Assembly (NCBI GenBank): GCA_965237905.1
Contig: OZ250172.1
Location: 672,001 to 736,000 of the forward strand
Length of the DNA: 64,000 bases
Reading direction: 5' to 3'
Source of the DNA: Nitrospinaceae bacterium
GTDB lineage: Bacteria > Nitrospinota > Nitrospinia > Nitrospinales > Nitrospinaceae
The notes under the pieces are model-generated. The model made no database searches. It saw only the letters and a list, made by a program, of their open reading frames with translations, and was not told the origin of the DNA. Position 1 is the stretch's first letter. Every line of letters begins with the position of its first letter. Both the position numbers and the translations under genes were made by a program. Positions 39,164 through 50,334 of the stretch are shown here, one piece after another.

Positions 39164-40436
39164 AACGCAATCCATCTACCGGGTCAAGGCGGGAGGCCCG
39201 CCAGGCAGGATACAAGGAGGCCAGATAACAAATCAGGATCGAAAACACGATAATCAGAAACGAATCGAACCACTGGATTTGAGAGGGTAACGCGTCCAGG
39301 TAATAGATGTCCGGGGGAAACACTTTGATATTAAATATCGTTTCGACAAGCTTGACGAGTTCGTTGAGGTTGGGCACAAGGGTGAACCCGCCAATGCAAC
39401 CCAACGCGGTGCCACAGATACCGATAATCAATCCCTGCATGCTGAAAATTTGCATGATACTCCCCCGGGTGGCACCCATCGATTTCAAAATGGCGATGTC
39501 CTTGGCCTTGTCCATGACTACCATAAACAACGTACTGATGATGTTGAACGCGGCAACCAGGATGATCAGGACCAGAATGATGAACATGGTGACCTTTTCC
39601 ACCTTGAGTGCGGAAAAAAGATTCCGGTTCATCTGCATCCAGTCCCGCGCAAAATAAGGGGAGCCGAGCTTTTCCCTGATGGTTATGGCGATTTCGCCCG
39701 CGGCATCGATATCGGCTACTTTGATTCCAATTCCCGAAATCCGGTCATTCATCCCGAACAGCGATTGTGCGGAGGAAATGGAAATAAATGCCAGGTTGGC
39801 ATCGTATTCATACATTTTCGATTCGAATTCGCCGACCACTTCCACCATTTTCATTTTAGGGATGATGCCCAGCGGTGTCATGCGCACCGAAGGCGACATG
39901 ATGCCGATAATATCCCCGATACCAACGCCGAGGGAATTGGCCAATTCCTTGCCAAGGATAATACCCTTGCGTTGAACGCCCGCCTCCTGATCCGAGGGAC
40001 GCGACGGGGCGCCGTCCAGATAAGCCAGTTTTCCTTTCGTCAGGTTTTTCTGGAGATCGGAAATATTGCCTTCCCGCTCCGGGTCAACTCCCCGAACCAC
40101 CACTCCGGAACTTCTCTGCCCGAAGATCAGCATGACCTGCTTGAGAATAAACGGTGCGGCATCCTTGACTTGGGGAACGGCTTTAACCTTCTCAAGCACG
40201 CTATCATAATCCTCCATACCATTGCTCATCATCTGAGTGACCACGATATGACTGTTGGTTCCCAGAATTTTATCACGCAGGTTCTGGCCGAAGCCGGTCA
40301 TCACCGCAATCACCACGATAAGAGCCATGACGCCCAACGCCACACCCCCCATGGAAATGAAGGTGATGAGAGAAATGAATTTCTGGGATTTGCGGGAGCA
40401 GAGGTGACGCCAACTGATTCGTAGTTCGTAGCTCAT
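39156..40436 (-). CDS. Lipoprotein-releasing ABC transporter permease LolC/E
   Basis: GVMALIVVIAVMTGF, AAFNIISTL, DIAILKSMGA and YPAWRASRLDP. Confidence 0.93.
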   Translation of the reverse strand: MSYELRISWRHLCSRKSQKFISLITFISMGGVALGVMALIVVIAVMTGFGQNLRDKILGTNSHIVVTQMMSNGMEDYDSVLEKVKAVPQVKDAAPFILKQVMLIFGQRSSGVVVRGVDPEREGNISDLQKNLTKGKLAYLDGAPSRPSDQEAGVQRKGIILGKELANSLGVGIGDIIGIMSPSVRMTPLGIIPKMKMVEVVGEFESKMYEYDANLAFISISSAQSLFGMNDRISGIGIKVADIDAAGEIAITIREKLGSPYFARDWMQMNRNLFSALKVEKVTMFIILVLIILVAAFNIISTLFMVVMDKAKDIAILKSMGATRGSIMQIFSMQGLIIGICGTALGCIGGFTLVPNLNELVKLVETIFNIKVFPPDIYYLDALPSQIQWFDSFLIIVFSILICYLASLYPAWRASRLDPVDGLRYE

Positions 40437-40489
40437 GGGGCTCCGTTGAAAGAAATGGATAACCCGGCGCGGGTACCGGTTTACACAGC

Positions 40490-42004
40490 TTAAACCGTTC
40501 CGGCTTCCTTTTTCAACTGTGGGAATAAAATAACGTCGCGGATCGATTGGGCATCGGTGAACATCATGGCGAGGCGGTCGATCCCGATTCCCTCGCCAGC
40601 GGTCGGCGGCAAGCCGTATTCCAGAGCGCGAATGAAGTCGTGATCCATCCAGTGCGCCTCTTCGTCGCCCGCATCTTTCTGCTCCACCTGCTGTTCGAAG
40701 CGTTCTTTCTGGTCGATAGGATCGTTCAGCTCGGTATAGGCATTGGCCAACTCGCGCCGCCCGGCAAACAATTCGAACCGCTCAACCAGATCCGGATCGT
40801 CCTCTTTCTTTTTGGACAAGGGCGACAATTCCAGCGGGTAGTCGATAATAAAGGTCGGTTGCACCAACAGCGGCTCCACAAAATGGTCGAACAGTTTGCC
40901 CAATACCTTTCCAAAGGTGTCTCTTTTCTCCAGAAGCACTTTGTGCTCCAGGGCATACGCTACGGCACTTTCCTGAGTGGCCACTGCCTCCGATGGAATC
41001 TGACCCACTTCGGTCAACGACGCCTTGAACGTGTGCACGCGGAAGGGTTGTGAAAAATCGATGGTCACCTGCTGGGTCTGGCCGTTTTCTTCATAGGTGC
41101 AGGGAAAAATCTGTTGATCAAAAACCGTCTTCCCGATATGGCGGAATAATTCTTCGGTGAGCACCATCAGGTCCCGATAATCCGCGTAGGCCGTATAAAA
41201 CTCCAGCATGGTGAACTCGGGATTGTGCTGGGTGGAAATGCCTTCGTTACGGAAGTTGCGGTTGATCTCATAGACCCGCTCGATACCGCCCACCACCAGC
41301 CGCTTCAGGTAAAGCTCCGGGGCAACGCGCAGGTACAGGTCCATGTCCAGAGCATTGTGATGGGTCTCAAACGGCTTGGCCGTGGCGCCGCCGGGGATGG
41401 ATTGCATCATCGGGGTTTCCACTTCCAGATAATTCCGCTCGTTGAGAAAATCCCGGATCGCCTGAATAATTTTACTGCGAGCGATGAAGACTTCTTTCAC
41501 TTCGGGATTAACGATCAAATCGACATACCGCTGACGGTACCGCAACTCGACATCCTTGAGGCCGTGCCATTTTTCTGGAAGCGGCAGGAGAGATTTGGTC
41601 AGTAGAGTTATCTTTTGAGAGAAAACCGTCAACTCGCCGGTCTTGGTCTTGGATAACCGCCCTTCCACACCGATGAAATCGCCAATATCAAACTTGGAAA
41701 ACAATTCATAGGAATCGGCTCCGATATCATCTTTTTTGATGTACACCTGAATATTACCGGTGCCATCCTTGATGTTGCAGAAGGTGGTCTTGCCGTGTTT
41801 GCGCCGGGTCATGATGCGTCCCGCGACGACGTACTCGCGCGGTGTTTCTTCCAGTTCCTCTTTGGAGAGCTCGTGGAACTCGTTGGTCAGATTTCCAATA
41901 AAGGCGTTGACCTTGAACCGGTTGATGTAGGGGTTGATCCCTTTTTCGCGAAACTCGGCAACTTTGTCGCGGCGCAGTTTAAGCAGGTCTGTGGATTCTT
42001 CCAT
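40490..42004 (-). CDS. lysS: Lysyl-tRNA synthetase (class II)
   Basis: [32 protein letters not shown] and GIGIDRL. Confidence 0.99.
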   Translation of the reverse strand: MEESTDLLKLRRDKVAEFREKGINPYINRFKVNAFIGNLTNEFHELSKEELEETPREYVVAGRIMTRRKHGKTTFCNIKDGTGNIQVYIKKDDIGADSYELFSKFDIGDFIGVEGRLSKTKTGELTVFSQKITLLTKSLLPLPEKWHGLKDVELRYRQRYVDLIVNPEVKEVFIARSKIIQAIRDFLNERNYLEVETPMMQSIPGGATAKPFETHHNALDMDLYLRVAPELYLKRLVVGGIERVYEINRNFRNEGISTQHNPEFTMLEFYTAYADYRDLMVLTEELFRHIGKTVFDQQIFPCTYEENGQTQQVTIDFSQPFRVHTFKASLTEVGQIPSEAVATQESAVAYALEHKVLLEKRDTFGKVLGKLFDHFVEPLLVQPTFIIDYPLELSPLSKKKEDDPDLVERFELFAGRRELANAYTELNDPIDQKERFEQQVEQKDAGDEEAHWMDHDFIRALEYGLPPTAGEGIGIDRLAMMFTDAQSIRDVILFPQLKKEAGTV

Positions 42005-42102
42005 GAAACGTGTGCAGGATTTTGGTTGTGGATTAGACGATCACGAAAACGGTGTCCCAAAGGACTCGGCTCCCATTCGTTCGGGAGCCTTCGCGTTCGG
42101 GT

Positions 42103-43689
42103 TTACCGGGCCATCTGGACGTAACGCGCTTCCCGGACCACCGTTATTTTGATCTCACCGGGATAGGTGACTTCTTTTTCTATCCGCTTGGCCACATCCC
42201 TGGAAAGCAGATTGGCCTCGCTATCGGAGATATTCTCAGGAACAACAATGATGCGGACCTCTCTGCCCGCCTGAATGGCGTAGGTTTTTTCGACTCCCTT
42301 GAAGGAGTCGCCGATTTCTTCCAACTGACCCATTCGCTTCACATAGGTTTCCAGCATTTCCCGTCGTGCTCCGGGTCGGGAAGCGGAAATGGTATCCCCG
42401 GCGGCAGTCAACACTGCGTACAGGGATTCCGGCTCCACGTCTTCGTGATGAGACGCGATGGAGTTGACTACATATTTGTGCTCGTTATATTTATTGGCTA
42501 TTTCCACGCCCAGTTGCGTATGGGTGCCATCGGTGTAGCGGTCGATGGCCTTGCCGATGTCGTGGAGCAGGCCGGAGCGCTTGGCGAGTTGGACATCCAA
42601 ACCTAACTCTGCAGCCATGGCGCCGCACACCCAGGCCACTTCCTTGACGTGTTCGAGAACGTTTTGCGTATAACTGGTCCGGTACTTGAGCCGTCCGAGC
42701 AGTTTTACCATTTCCGGATGCAGGTAGTCGATGCCGACGTCCATGACCGCCTGTTCGCCGGCTTCCTGGATGCCCTGAGTGATTTCCTTTTTACATTTTG
42801 CAACAACTTCCTCGATGCGTCCGGGATGAATGCGTCCGTCGAGGGTTAACTTTTCCAAAGCACGTTTGGCGATTTCCCGGCGAATGGGATCGAACCCAGA
42901 AAGCACCACGGCACCGGGGGTGTCGTCGATAATCAGGTCGATACCGGTTGCCTGCTCCAGAGCCCGGATGTTTCTTCCTTCCCGTCCGATAATCCGGCCT
43001 TTGATCTCATCGTTGGGCAGTTCCACCACAGACACGGAGGATTCAGCGACATGGTCCGACGCCAGCCGTTGCACAGCCTGGGAAATAATTTTGCGTGCCT
43101 CGTCGTCTGCATTATTTTTGGCGTTCTCTTCGATCTTCTTGACTTCCTTGGCCACTTCCAACCGCGCGGTTTGAATCACCTTGTTTTTAATCGCTTCCTT
43201 GGCCTCTTCCGCTGAATAGGAGCCGATTTCCTCCAGCCGTTTGATCTCCTCGGCAATCAATTGATCGTATTCTTGTTGGTTTTTTCCCAGCTTTTGCTGT
43301 TTTTCATTCAACTCCTGTTGTCTGCGCTCGAAGTTTCTTTCTGCTTCCCGGTTTTTATCGACCAGAGTGTTCAGTTCGTTTTCTTTTTCGCGGCTTTCCT
43401 TTTCTTTATCGCGCAGTTCGGCCTGTTTGCTTTCCAAATCCATTTTGGCTTCACTGATCAGGGCGAGCTTTTCCTCCTTGGCCTCGATTTGGGCTTCCTT
43501 CTTGAGGGTTTCCGCCTCGCGCTCCGATTCCTTGATGATTTTCTCGCCTAGCGCTTCGGCTTCCTTGATCTGGAAATCGGTAAAAATTTTGCGGAGAAAG
43601 TATCCCAGCAGATACCCGGCTACCAAAGCCAGGATAATCCCGATAATCAAAGTTATTAAATTAACCTGAACATTCTGAAAGGCTTCCAT
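42103..43689 (-). CDS. rny: Ribonuclease Y
   Basis: N-terminal TM, coiled coil, KH domain (KGRIIGREGRNIR) and HD domain (LLHDIGK). Confidence 0.98.
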   Translation of the reverse strand: MEAFQNVQVNLITLIIGIILALVAGYLLGYFLRKIFTDFQIKEAEALGEKIIKESEREAETLKKEAQIEAKEEKLALISEAKMDLESKQAELRDKEKESREKENELNTLVDKNREAERNFERRQQELNEKQQKLGKNQQEYDQLIAEEIKRLEEIGSYSAEEAKEAIKNKVIQTARLEVAKEVKKIEENAKNNADDEARKIISQAVQRLASDHVAESSVSVVELPNDEIKGRIIGREGRNIRALEQATGIDLIIDDTPGAVVLSGFDPIRREIAKRALEKLTLDGRIHPGRIEEVVAKCKKEITQGIQEAGEQAVMDVGIDYLHPEMVKLLGRLKYRTSYTQNVLEHVKEVAWVCGAMAAELGLDVQLAKRSGLLHDIGKAIDRYTDGTHTQLGVEIANKYNEHKYVVNSIASHHEDVEPESLYAVLTAAGDTISASRPGARREMLETYVKRMGQLEEIGDSFKGVEKTYAIQAGREVRIIVVPENISDSEANLLSRDVAKRIEKEVTYPGEIKITVVREARYVQMAR

Positions 43690-43707
43690 TTTAAAGTCCT
43701 CTTTTTG

Positions 43708-44334
43708 CTATGGTAAAAATGAACTCTCCGCTCCCTGGATGCCGGAACAGTTCATCGTGCTTTTCTCGGTAATGATGGCGTCGACCTGGATATCATTCTC
43801 GTCTTGAGGAACGGTATCCAAAACCTGAAACTCAAACGCCAAAGCAATCCGGGGTACCTGCGAACCCAAACGGCTTAACAGCCGGTCGTAATACCCCTTG
43901 CCGTATCCGATACGGCCTCCCCGTCGGTCAAACGCCAGACCGGGAGCGACCACCAGATCTATCTGATCCGGCGGCACAAAATTCAAATCTTCTTCTGCCG
44001 GTTCGCGAACCCCGAAGGCCCCCAACCGGAAACTGATATCGGGGCCGGGCAACTCTGAAATACGGAGTTCATCACTGTCCCGATCCACTACCGGAACACA
44101 AACCCGCTTTCCCAGTTCAAACGCCCGGCCCAACAAATTATCGGTGCCGACTTCCCCATCCTTGGAAAGGTAAATCAAAATCTTATCCGCTTTTTGAAAC
44201 TCCTTGTGGCTCAACAGAGTTCTGATAATGTTGCGGCTTTGCGCGGCGCGTATCTTCGGGTCTTGGGACTTGCGCTTCTCTAGAATTTCTTTTCGAATCG
44301 TTGCTTTCTGCTGAAAAAGCGCTTCTGTTGCCAC
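43708..44334 (-). CDS. 5-formyltetrahydrofolate cyclo-ligase (YgfA)
   Basis: FGVREP, PGLAFD..G.RIGYGKGYYDR and conserved position after 6S RNA. Confidence 0.95.
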   Translation of the reverse strand: MATEALFQQKATIRKEILEKRKSQDPKIRAAQSRNIIRTLLSHKEFQKADKILIYLSKDGEVGTDNLLGRAFELGKRVCVPVVDRDSDELRISELPGPDISFRLGAFGVREPAEEDLNFVPPDQIDLVVAPGLAFDRRGGRIGYGKGYYDRLLSRLGSQVPRIALAFEFQVLDTVPQDENDIQVDAIITEKSTMNCSGIQGAESSFLP

Positions 44335-44711
44335 ACCCGGTTTCCCAATCCCATCCTGCCAAAACCCGGCAGGGGTTTTTTAGCACTCAAAATTAACGCA
44401 CATGCGCTCGGGGAAAGTTCCGGCCACACCGGACTTGTCCCTTAAAAAAATAAACCGATCTTTTGTTTCCTGGACGGTTCTATTTCTGAACGGAATTGGA
44501 GGACAACAAGGAAAGATATGGGTTTTGACCACTGGTCGACCCGGCGGGAGAAGGTCGAAACTCGAAATATTCCAGAAGACACCAAGTGTCTATATCTATT
44601 AAAAACGTATCCTTGACGCGTGATCCGTTCATTATTGCCATCATCCAATCGGGGTAGCCCATTCCAACTCCCTGCTGTCCCGGCTCTTGAAACAATTTGT
44701 TATAAAAAAAA

Positions 44712-44890
44712 GTACTTCCCCGCGAATGCCGTGCAAAAATCATTTCTTGAACCTGCCAAGGACAGGTGGGATCTCCGTATACTGTTTTAGGCTTCCTCCG
44801 AGGAGGCATGCTCACCACAGCTAGTTTCGACCCCTTGTTCTAATGTTGGCTCAAGAATGGATCTTCTACTCGAGCACCACAGGGAAGCAC
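44712..44890 (-). ncRNA. ssrS: 6S RNA
   Basis: About 180-nt rod: 5' GUGCUUCCCUGUGGUGC pairs with 3' GCAUUCGCGGGGAAGUAC, and UUCUUGAGCC pairs with GGUUCAAGAA before the central bubble. U-run follows. Canonical zapA-6S-ygfA synteny. Confidence 0.92.
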
Positions 44891-44950
44891 AATATCCCTT
44901 CTACTACTGCTTATCCTATCACAATTTCCGAAGCCCCCTCAAGGGATAAC

Positions 44951-45283
44951 TCACCTGGCAGCACCCCGGGAGGACTTGATCTGGCTCAATTCTTTTTCGA
45001 CCATTTGCACCAGATGGCGGGCTTTTTGATCCTCTTCCTTCTGGCCCGATTTTTTCTGCGTCACGGCCTGTTTAGCCGTCTCTTTGACTTCGAATAATTC
45101 TCCGGCGATGTTCAGAGCGGTCAAAATGGCCAGGTCGATCGTCGACGGTTTCGTTTTACTGCCCGACAATGCGTGCATCTTTTCATTCACGTAATCCGCC
45201 AGATCCTGTGGATTGACCCCGGACAAATCCGTTTTGATGTTATAGGTTTTCCCGTAAATGGTGATCTGGCTTTTGTCAGTCAT
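44951..45283 (-). CDS. zapA: Cell division protein ZapA
   Basis: ITIYGKTYNI...LADYVNEKM...AILTALNIA and synteny. Confidence 0.92.
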   Translation of the reverse strand: MTDKSQITIYGKTYNIKTDLSGVNPQDLADYVNEKMHALSGSKTKPSTIDLAILTALNIAGELFEVKETAKQAVTQKKSGQKEEDQKARHLVQMVEKELSQIKSSRGAAR

Positions 45284-45288
45284 AATTT

Positions 45289-45570
45289 TTAATGCGTGTT
45301 ACCGATTTTTTCGATTCCCGCCAAAAGGTTCTTCACGGTGGACCGGATTTTAGTCTGGTTCTTCTCCAGCTGCTTCTGCACATTTTCCAAATCGCCTAAC
45401 CGTTTGATTTTGCCCTGAAGTTTTACCCCGTCTTTCTGAGCACGTTCCAAATCCGAGCTAAACGCTTTAAGTTCCTTCTGCAAACGCTGATTATCCTCAC
45501 GCAGTTGCCGGGCTTCCTCGACGAGTTTGGGGATCAATTCTTCCAATTTGTCTATGGGATTCTTGGGCAT
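45289..45570 (-). CDS. ZapB-like coiled-coil protein
   Basis: All-coiled-coil 93 aa between pheT and zapA. Confidence 0.75.
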   Translation of the reverse strand: MPKNPIDKLEELIPKLVEEARQLREDNQRLQKELKAFSSDLERAQKDGVKLQGKIKRLGDLENVQKQLEKNQTKIRSTVKNLLAGIEKIGNTH

Positions 45571-45636
45571 GGGCGAATCCTACCACCGCCGCCGTGAGGT
45601 GTCAATCCACGTTAATCGTCGGGAAAGAACGCGAAA

Positions 45637-47730
45637 TTACTCGCGGAGGGCCGCTCCCAACTGTTCTGAAAGGCTTCCCACGATTTTCTCGAAAATGGGG
45701 TTCACTTCCTCGTCGGTCAGGGTTTTTTCGGAAGACTGAAAAGACAGAGCAAAGGTCAGGCTTTTCTTGCCGGGAGGCAGTCTTTTGCCCTGGTACTGGT
45801 CGTACAATTCCACCCGACGGATCAAGGGACCGCTCGTCTGGCGGATCAGGTCCGAAATAGTCTGGGCTTCGACGGTCTGGTCCACCAATAGTGAAATATC
45901 CCGGTACGTCTCGGGATATTTGGGAATCGATTGAAAACGGGTCCGGTCCGGAATCGCCGCCGCTAATTCTTCCATATTCAACTCGAAGACATAGATGTTG
46001 GGACTCAACTCCCAACGGCTGGCCAGGGCCGGGTCCAGCCGGCCAAGATAAGCGATGCACCGGTCCCCTGCAAAACCATCCGCCGATTGTCCGGAATCCA
46101 GAAAACTCCGCTGGGAAGGCCGGTACTCCAATGCCACCTGAAAATGGTCGGCCAGAGTCTCCAACGCGCCTTTCAAATCGTAAAAGTCGAACGGCTTGCC
46201 GCTGTCCTTCCACACGCTGTTGGGATAAGGCCCGGTCGCCAGCGCGGCGAGGCAGGCAATTTCATGGGATCGCTTACCCTTCTTACTGAAAAAGATATGG
46301 CCCTGCTCGAACAATTGCAGGTTCTTCTGTCCCCGGTTGATGTTGCGTGCGGCGGATTTGATCAAACCTGGCAAAAGGCTGGGACGCATGGTATCCATGT
46401 CGGCACTGATCGGGTTGTCCAGCCGGACCACTGCCGGCTGTTGATCGCCAAACGTATCCAAAAACCGCTGAGCCCAGTCACCCTCGATAAAGCTGTAGTT
46501 GATCGCTTCCGAATAACCGAGGTTGCGCAGGACCTCCTTACTCTGCCGGACGGCGGTTTGAATTTTGGGAAACCGGACCGGGCTCACCGAAGCCACCGGA
46601 TGGGAAACCTCCACCCCGTCATACCCGTCGAGGCGGGCCACCTCTTCGATCAAATCAATCTCGCGTGTCAGCATAGGGCGGGACGACGGCGCCTCAACTT
46701 GGTAACACTCCCCGGCCTTTCTTTCCTTCACGATTGTAATACCCAAGCCTTTCAGGTATTTCAAAATCTTTTGGGCGCCCAGCCGGGTGCCCAGTACCTG
46801 GTTGGTGCGAGAAATCCGAAAATCGAACCGATTGGGTTTGCGGGAGCGAAAATAAATATCGATCCGGCCCTTGCAGATGTCTCCGCCCGCTAACTCCTGG
46901 ATCAACAACGCCGCCCGGCTGGATGCGGTTACTACCGCCCTAATATCGACACCCCGCTCGAAACGGTAAGACGAGTCGGAGCGCAGGCCGTATTTTTTCG
47001 ACGCCTTGCGCACCACCACCGGATCAAAACTGGCGCTCTCCAGAACCACCGTTCGTGTAGACTCATCCACCTGACTGTTGGTACCGCCCATGATCCCCGC
47101 CAGCGCTACCGGCTTTTCGGCATCGGCAATCACCAGCGCATCGGTGCCCAGTTTCAACTCAGTGCCGTCCAACGCGGTGAACGGCTCTCCCTTGCGGGCG
47201 CGGCGGATGACAATCTTCTCTCCCGCCAATAACGCCATGTCAAACGCGTGCAGGGGTTGCCCGTACTCCATCATGACGAAATTGGTGATATCGACAATAT
47301 TGTTGATGGGACGCAGGCCCACCGCCTTCAACCGGTCCGCCAGCCATTGGGGAGATGGACCGGGCTTTACGTTCTCGATGACCATTGCGGTATAACGCGG
47401 ACATAACTCCGGCTCTTCGTTGACCACGGTGATTTTTTTCTTCACGGGGACCGATCCCATGGCTTTCGTTAATTTCTTGTCCGGAGCGGGCAGTTTGCAG
47501 GCTTTATGAATCATCGCCCCCACTTCGCGGGCCACGCCGATATGGCTCAGGCAATAGCCGCGATTGGGCGTCACGTTCAACTCGACCACCCCGGTGGTGC
47601 GGCCGCCGCCCAGATCGACCGACTCCAGGCCTTCGATTTCCAAGCCGCCCATGGTCAGCAGGTCACTCAACTTCTGTACGGATAGACCGTGATCGATGTA
47701 GGTTTTCAGCCAGTCGAGTTGAATCTTCAT
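45637..47730 (-). CDS. pheT: Phenylalanyl-tRNA synthetase beta subunit (lacks the B2 OB domain)
   Basis: Start MKIQLDWLK, TPNRGYCLS, INNIVDITN, RFERGVD, DLIEEVAR and C-terminal FDX-ACB. Confidence 0.96.
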   Translation of the reverse strand: MKIQLDWLKTYIDHGLSVQKLSDLLTMGGLEIEGLESVDLGGGRTTGVVELNVTPNRGYCLSHIGVAREVGAMIHKACKLPAPDKKLTKAMGSVPVKKKITVVNEEPELCPRYTAMVIENVKPGPSPQWLADRLKAVGLRPINNIVDITNFVMMEYGQPLHAFDMALLAGEKIVIRRARKGEPFTALDGTELKLGTDALVIADAEKPVALAGIMGGTNSQVDESTRTVVLESASFDPVVVRKASKKYGLRSDSSYRFERGVDIRAVVTASSRAALLIQELAGGDICKGRIDIYFRSRKPNRFDFRISRTNQVLGTRLGAQKILKYLKGLGITIVKERKAGECYQVEAPSSRPMLTREIDLIEEVARLDGYDGVEVSHPVASVSPVRFPKIQTAVRQSKEVLRNLGYSEAINYSFIEGDWAQRFLDTFGDQQPAVVRLDNPISADMDTMRPSLLPGLIKSAARNINRGQKNLQLFEQGHIFFSKKGKRSHEIACLAALATGPYPNSVWKDSGKPFDFYDLKGALETLADHFQVALEYRPSQRSFLDSGQSADGFAGDRCIAYLGRLDPALASRWELSPNIYVFELNMEELAAAIPDRTRFQSIPKYPETYRDISLLVDQTVEAQTISDLIRQTSGPLIRRVELYDQYQGKRLPPGKKSLTFALSFQSSEKTLTDEEVNPIFEKIVGSLSEQLGAALRE

Positions 47731-47889
47731 TTCATTCCTTTGAAAAATACCTTGTATAATAGGAACAGGATTATAGGTGAACTTCCGGCAAAAATCAAAA
47801 CAGCATCCGGCATCCCAAATCCCTCCTTTGACGGCTCCAGCCAGCATGATATATAAATGAAACCCTGTTAAAGGCCTCTCGGCAAATTT

Positions 47890-50010
47890 ATGGATCTTTC
47901 TGAAACCAAAATATTAAAACTTCTGCGCGCGAAAACCAACCGGCCTATGAAGTTTGCGGAACTCATGAGCCTCTTGAGCATTCCCGAAAACCAGCGGCGG
48001 GAGTTCCGCGCCCAGCTCAAGGAGATGGCCTCCGAGGGCTCGGTGGTCAAACTGCGCGGCGGGCGTTACGGCCTGCCGGATGAGATGAACCTGATCCCCG
48101 GTGTTTTGTCGGGCCACCCGGATGGCTATGGCTTTGTCATCAGGGAGGACGATTCGGAGGACATTTACATCGGCCGGCATAAACTGGGCGGCGCCATGCA
48201 CAACGATCATGTATTAGTGCGCATTGAATCGCACGCGCAACGCTTTGGACGGCAGGAGGGGCGGATCGTCCGCATCCTGGAACGCCGCACCCCCACGCTG
48301 GTCGGCCTGTTCGAAGCCTTGAACCGCGACGGCTGGGTGATCCCCTCCGAGCATAAATATTTTCAGGATATATTCGTACCCGGCAAGGAAAAGAAAGGCG
48401 CGAAGCCGGGTCAGTTGGTCTCGGTGGAAATCATCACTTATCCCACACGGAATCACCCGCCCGTAGGGCGCGTCATCAAAGTGCTGGGCGATGCCAACGA
48501 CCCGCAAGTGGAACTGCGCTCCATCATTCACAAGTTCGGCGTGCGCCAGGATTTTTCTCCCAAGGTCCAAAAACAGGTACAAAAAATTAATGGAACCGTA
48601 AGCGACCGGGAAAAGAAACAGAGGCGTGACCTCACTGGCGACATGATTTTCACCATCGACGGCGAAAGCGCCAAGGATTTCGACGACGCCGTCTCGCTCG
48701 AAACTACCGGGAACGGTTACGTTTTGGGAGTCCATATCGCCGACGTCAGTCATTACGTGACGGAAAACAGCCCTCTCGACAAAGAAGCGCTGGAACGCGG
48801 CACCAGTATCTATTATGCGGATGGAGTGATCCCGATGCTGCCGTTCGCATTGTCCAATGAGATGTGCAGTCTCAAGCCGCGACAGGAACGCCTGACCCTG
48901 AGTGCGTCAATCACCTTCGACAAACAGGGCACCGTTCTGGATTACGAGATTTTCGACTCCGTGATCAAAAGTAAGTTCCGTTTCACCTACAACCAGGTGG
49001 CGGAAATGCTGAAATCCAAATCCGTCGAAAAAAAATACACGGATGCCCTGCCGGTACTACAGAACATGTTCGAACTCAGCCAGATGTTGCGCAAGCGCCG
49101 GTTTCAGGAGGGCAGCGTCGATTTCAACATCCCGGAGCCGGTCATTGTGATGAACGCCAAAGGCCATGTTGAAAATATCGTGAAGGCGGAACACAACGTG
49201 GCGCATGAGCTGATCGAAGAATTCATGCTGGCCGCCAACCGGGTGGTGGCCGAACATCTCGATAAAAAAAACCTGCCGGGAATTCACCGCATCCACGAAC
49301 CGCCCGATCAGGACAAACTGCACCGGTTCCAGGAATTCATCAAGGATATCGGGTTTCGGCTGCCGAACCTTCACAACGTGCAGTCAAGCCACCTGCAAAA
49401 CCTGCTGACGCGAGCGCGCGGACATGCCCAGGAGCGAACTCTCAACATGCTGCTGTTGCGTTCTTTGAAAAAGGCGGTGTACTCGGAAAAGGATCCGGGG
49501 CATTTCTGTCTCGGGTTCGAGCACTACACGCATTTCACCTCGCCCATCCGCCGCTACCCGGATCTGGCGACGCACCGGATGATCAAAGCCTTTCTCTCCA
49601 AAAAGAAAGCAACCCAACAGGATCGGAAAAAACTTCTGCCGCAAAGTCGATCGCAGGCCGAGCAATCCAGCATGAGGGAGATCAAGGCAGTGGAGGTGGA
49701 ACGGGAAGTTGCCAACCTCCGGCGAGCGCAGTTCATGGCCGACAAGGTGGGAAAAGAATATTCCGGACACGTCTCATCAGTCACTGGCTTCGGGTTGTTT
49801 GTGGAACTGGATGACGTGTTCGTGGAGGGGTTGATTCACATTTCCAGTTTGGGGGACGATTATTACGTGTACTACGAACACGAGCACATGCTGAAAGGCC
49901 AGCACAAGTATAAGACCTACCGGATCGGCGACGCCTTGAAGGTGCGCGTCACCCGCGTCGACATCTCCAAAAAACAGATCGACCTCTCCCCCGTATTTAA
50001 AAAACGATAG
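47890..50010 (+). CDS. rnr: Ribonuclease R
   Basis: HPDGYGF, TIDGESAKDFDDA, HFTSPIRRYPDL and C-terminal S1 domain. Confidence 0.97.
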   Translation: MDLSETKILKLLRAKTNRPMKFAELMSLLSIPENQRREFRAQLKEMASEGSVVKLRGGRYGLPDEMNLIPGVLSGHPDGYGFVIREDDSEDIYIGRHKLGGAMHNDHVLVRIESHAQRFGRQEGRIVRILERRTPTLVGLFEALNRDGWVIPSEHKYFQDIFVPGKEKKGAKPGQLVSVEIITYPTRNHPPVGRVIKVLGDANDPQVELRSIIHKFGVRQDFSPKVQKQVQKINGTVSDREKKQRRDLTGDMIFTIDGESAKDFDDAVSLETTGNGYVLGVHIADVSHYVTENSPLDKEALERGTSIYYADGVIPMLPFALSNEMCSLKPRQERLTLSASITFDKQGTVLDYEIFDSVIKSKFRFTYNQVAEMLKSKSVEKKYTDALPVLQNMFELSQMLRKRRFQEGSVDFNIPEPVIVMNAKGHVENIVKAEHNVAHELIEEFMLAANRVVAEHLDKKNLPGIHRIHEPPDQDKLHRFQEFIKDIGFRLPNLHNVQSSHLQNLLTRARGHAQERTLNMLLLRSLKKAVYSEKDPGHFCLGFEHYTHFTSPIRRYPDLATHRMIKAFLSKKKATQQDRKKLLPQSRSQAEQSSMREIKAVEVEREVANLRRAQFMADKVGKEYSGHVSSVTGFGLFVELDDVFVEGLIHISSLGDDYYVYYEHEHMLKGQHKYKTYRIGDALKVRVTRVDISKKQIDLSPVFKKR

Positions 50011-50019
50011 GCCGTCTCA

Positions 50020-50313
50020 TCAGGTTTTCTCGGGTTCCGTCACATACCGGCGCCATTCCTCATCGTCATCAATAGCCTGCCAGGGCCCTCTGGGAGGATG
50101 AACATACCGGCGGCTACATTTTTTACACCGCGCGTACTGTGTGACATAACCCATAACGTTGGGAGGGGGTTTGTGGAGACCAACTACCTCAAGATGGTGT
50201 TTGCCGCAATTGGGGCAGCGCCGATGTTCCCACTCCGCGTGTATCAGAAGCGCCATCCAAATCAAAAAAGCGGCCGCCAGTCCAATAAGGATTACCCAAC
50301 TGAAAGTGTTCAT
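50020..50313 (-). CDS. Small membrane-anchored Zn-ribbon protein (cargo of micro-insertion)
   Basis: N-terminal TM, CPNC and CKKC. Lies exactly between two copies of the rnr 3' end. Confidence 0.65.
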   Translation of the reverse strand: MNTFSWVILIGLAAAFLIWMALLIHAEWEHRRCPNCGKHHLEVVGLHKPPPNVMGYVTQYARCKKCSRRYVHPPRGPWQAIDDDEEWRRYVTEPEKT

Positions 50314-50334
50314 TGTCTAAAGATAACACATTAG

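Noticed and set aside
44480..44818. 112-aa ORF overlapping the 6S RNA
   Set aside because: The 5' half lies within the structured RNA and there is no coding evidence.
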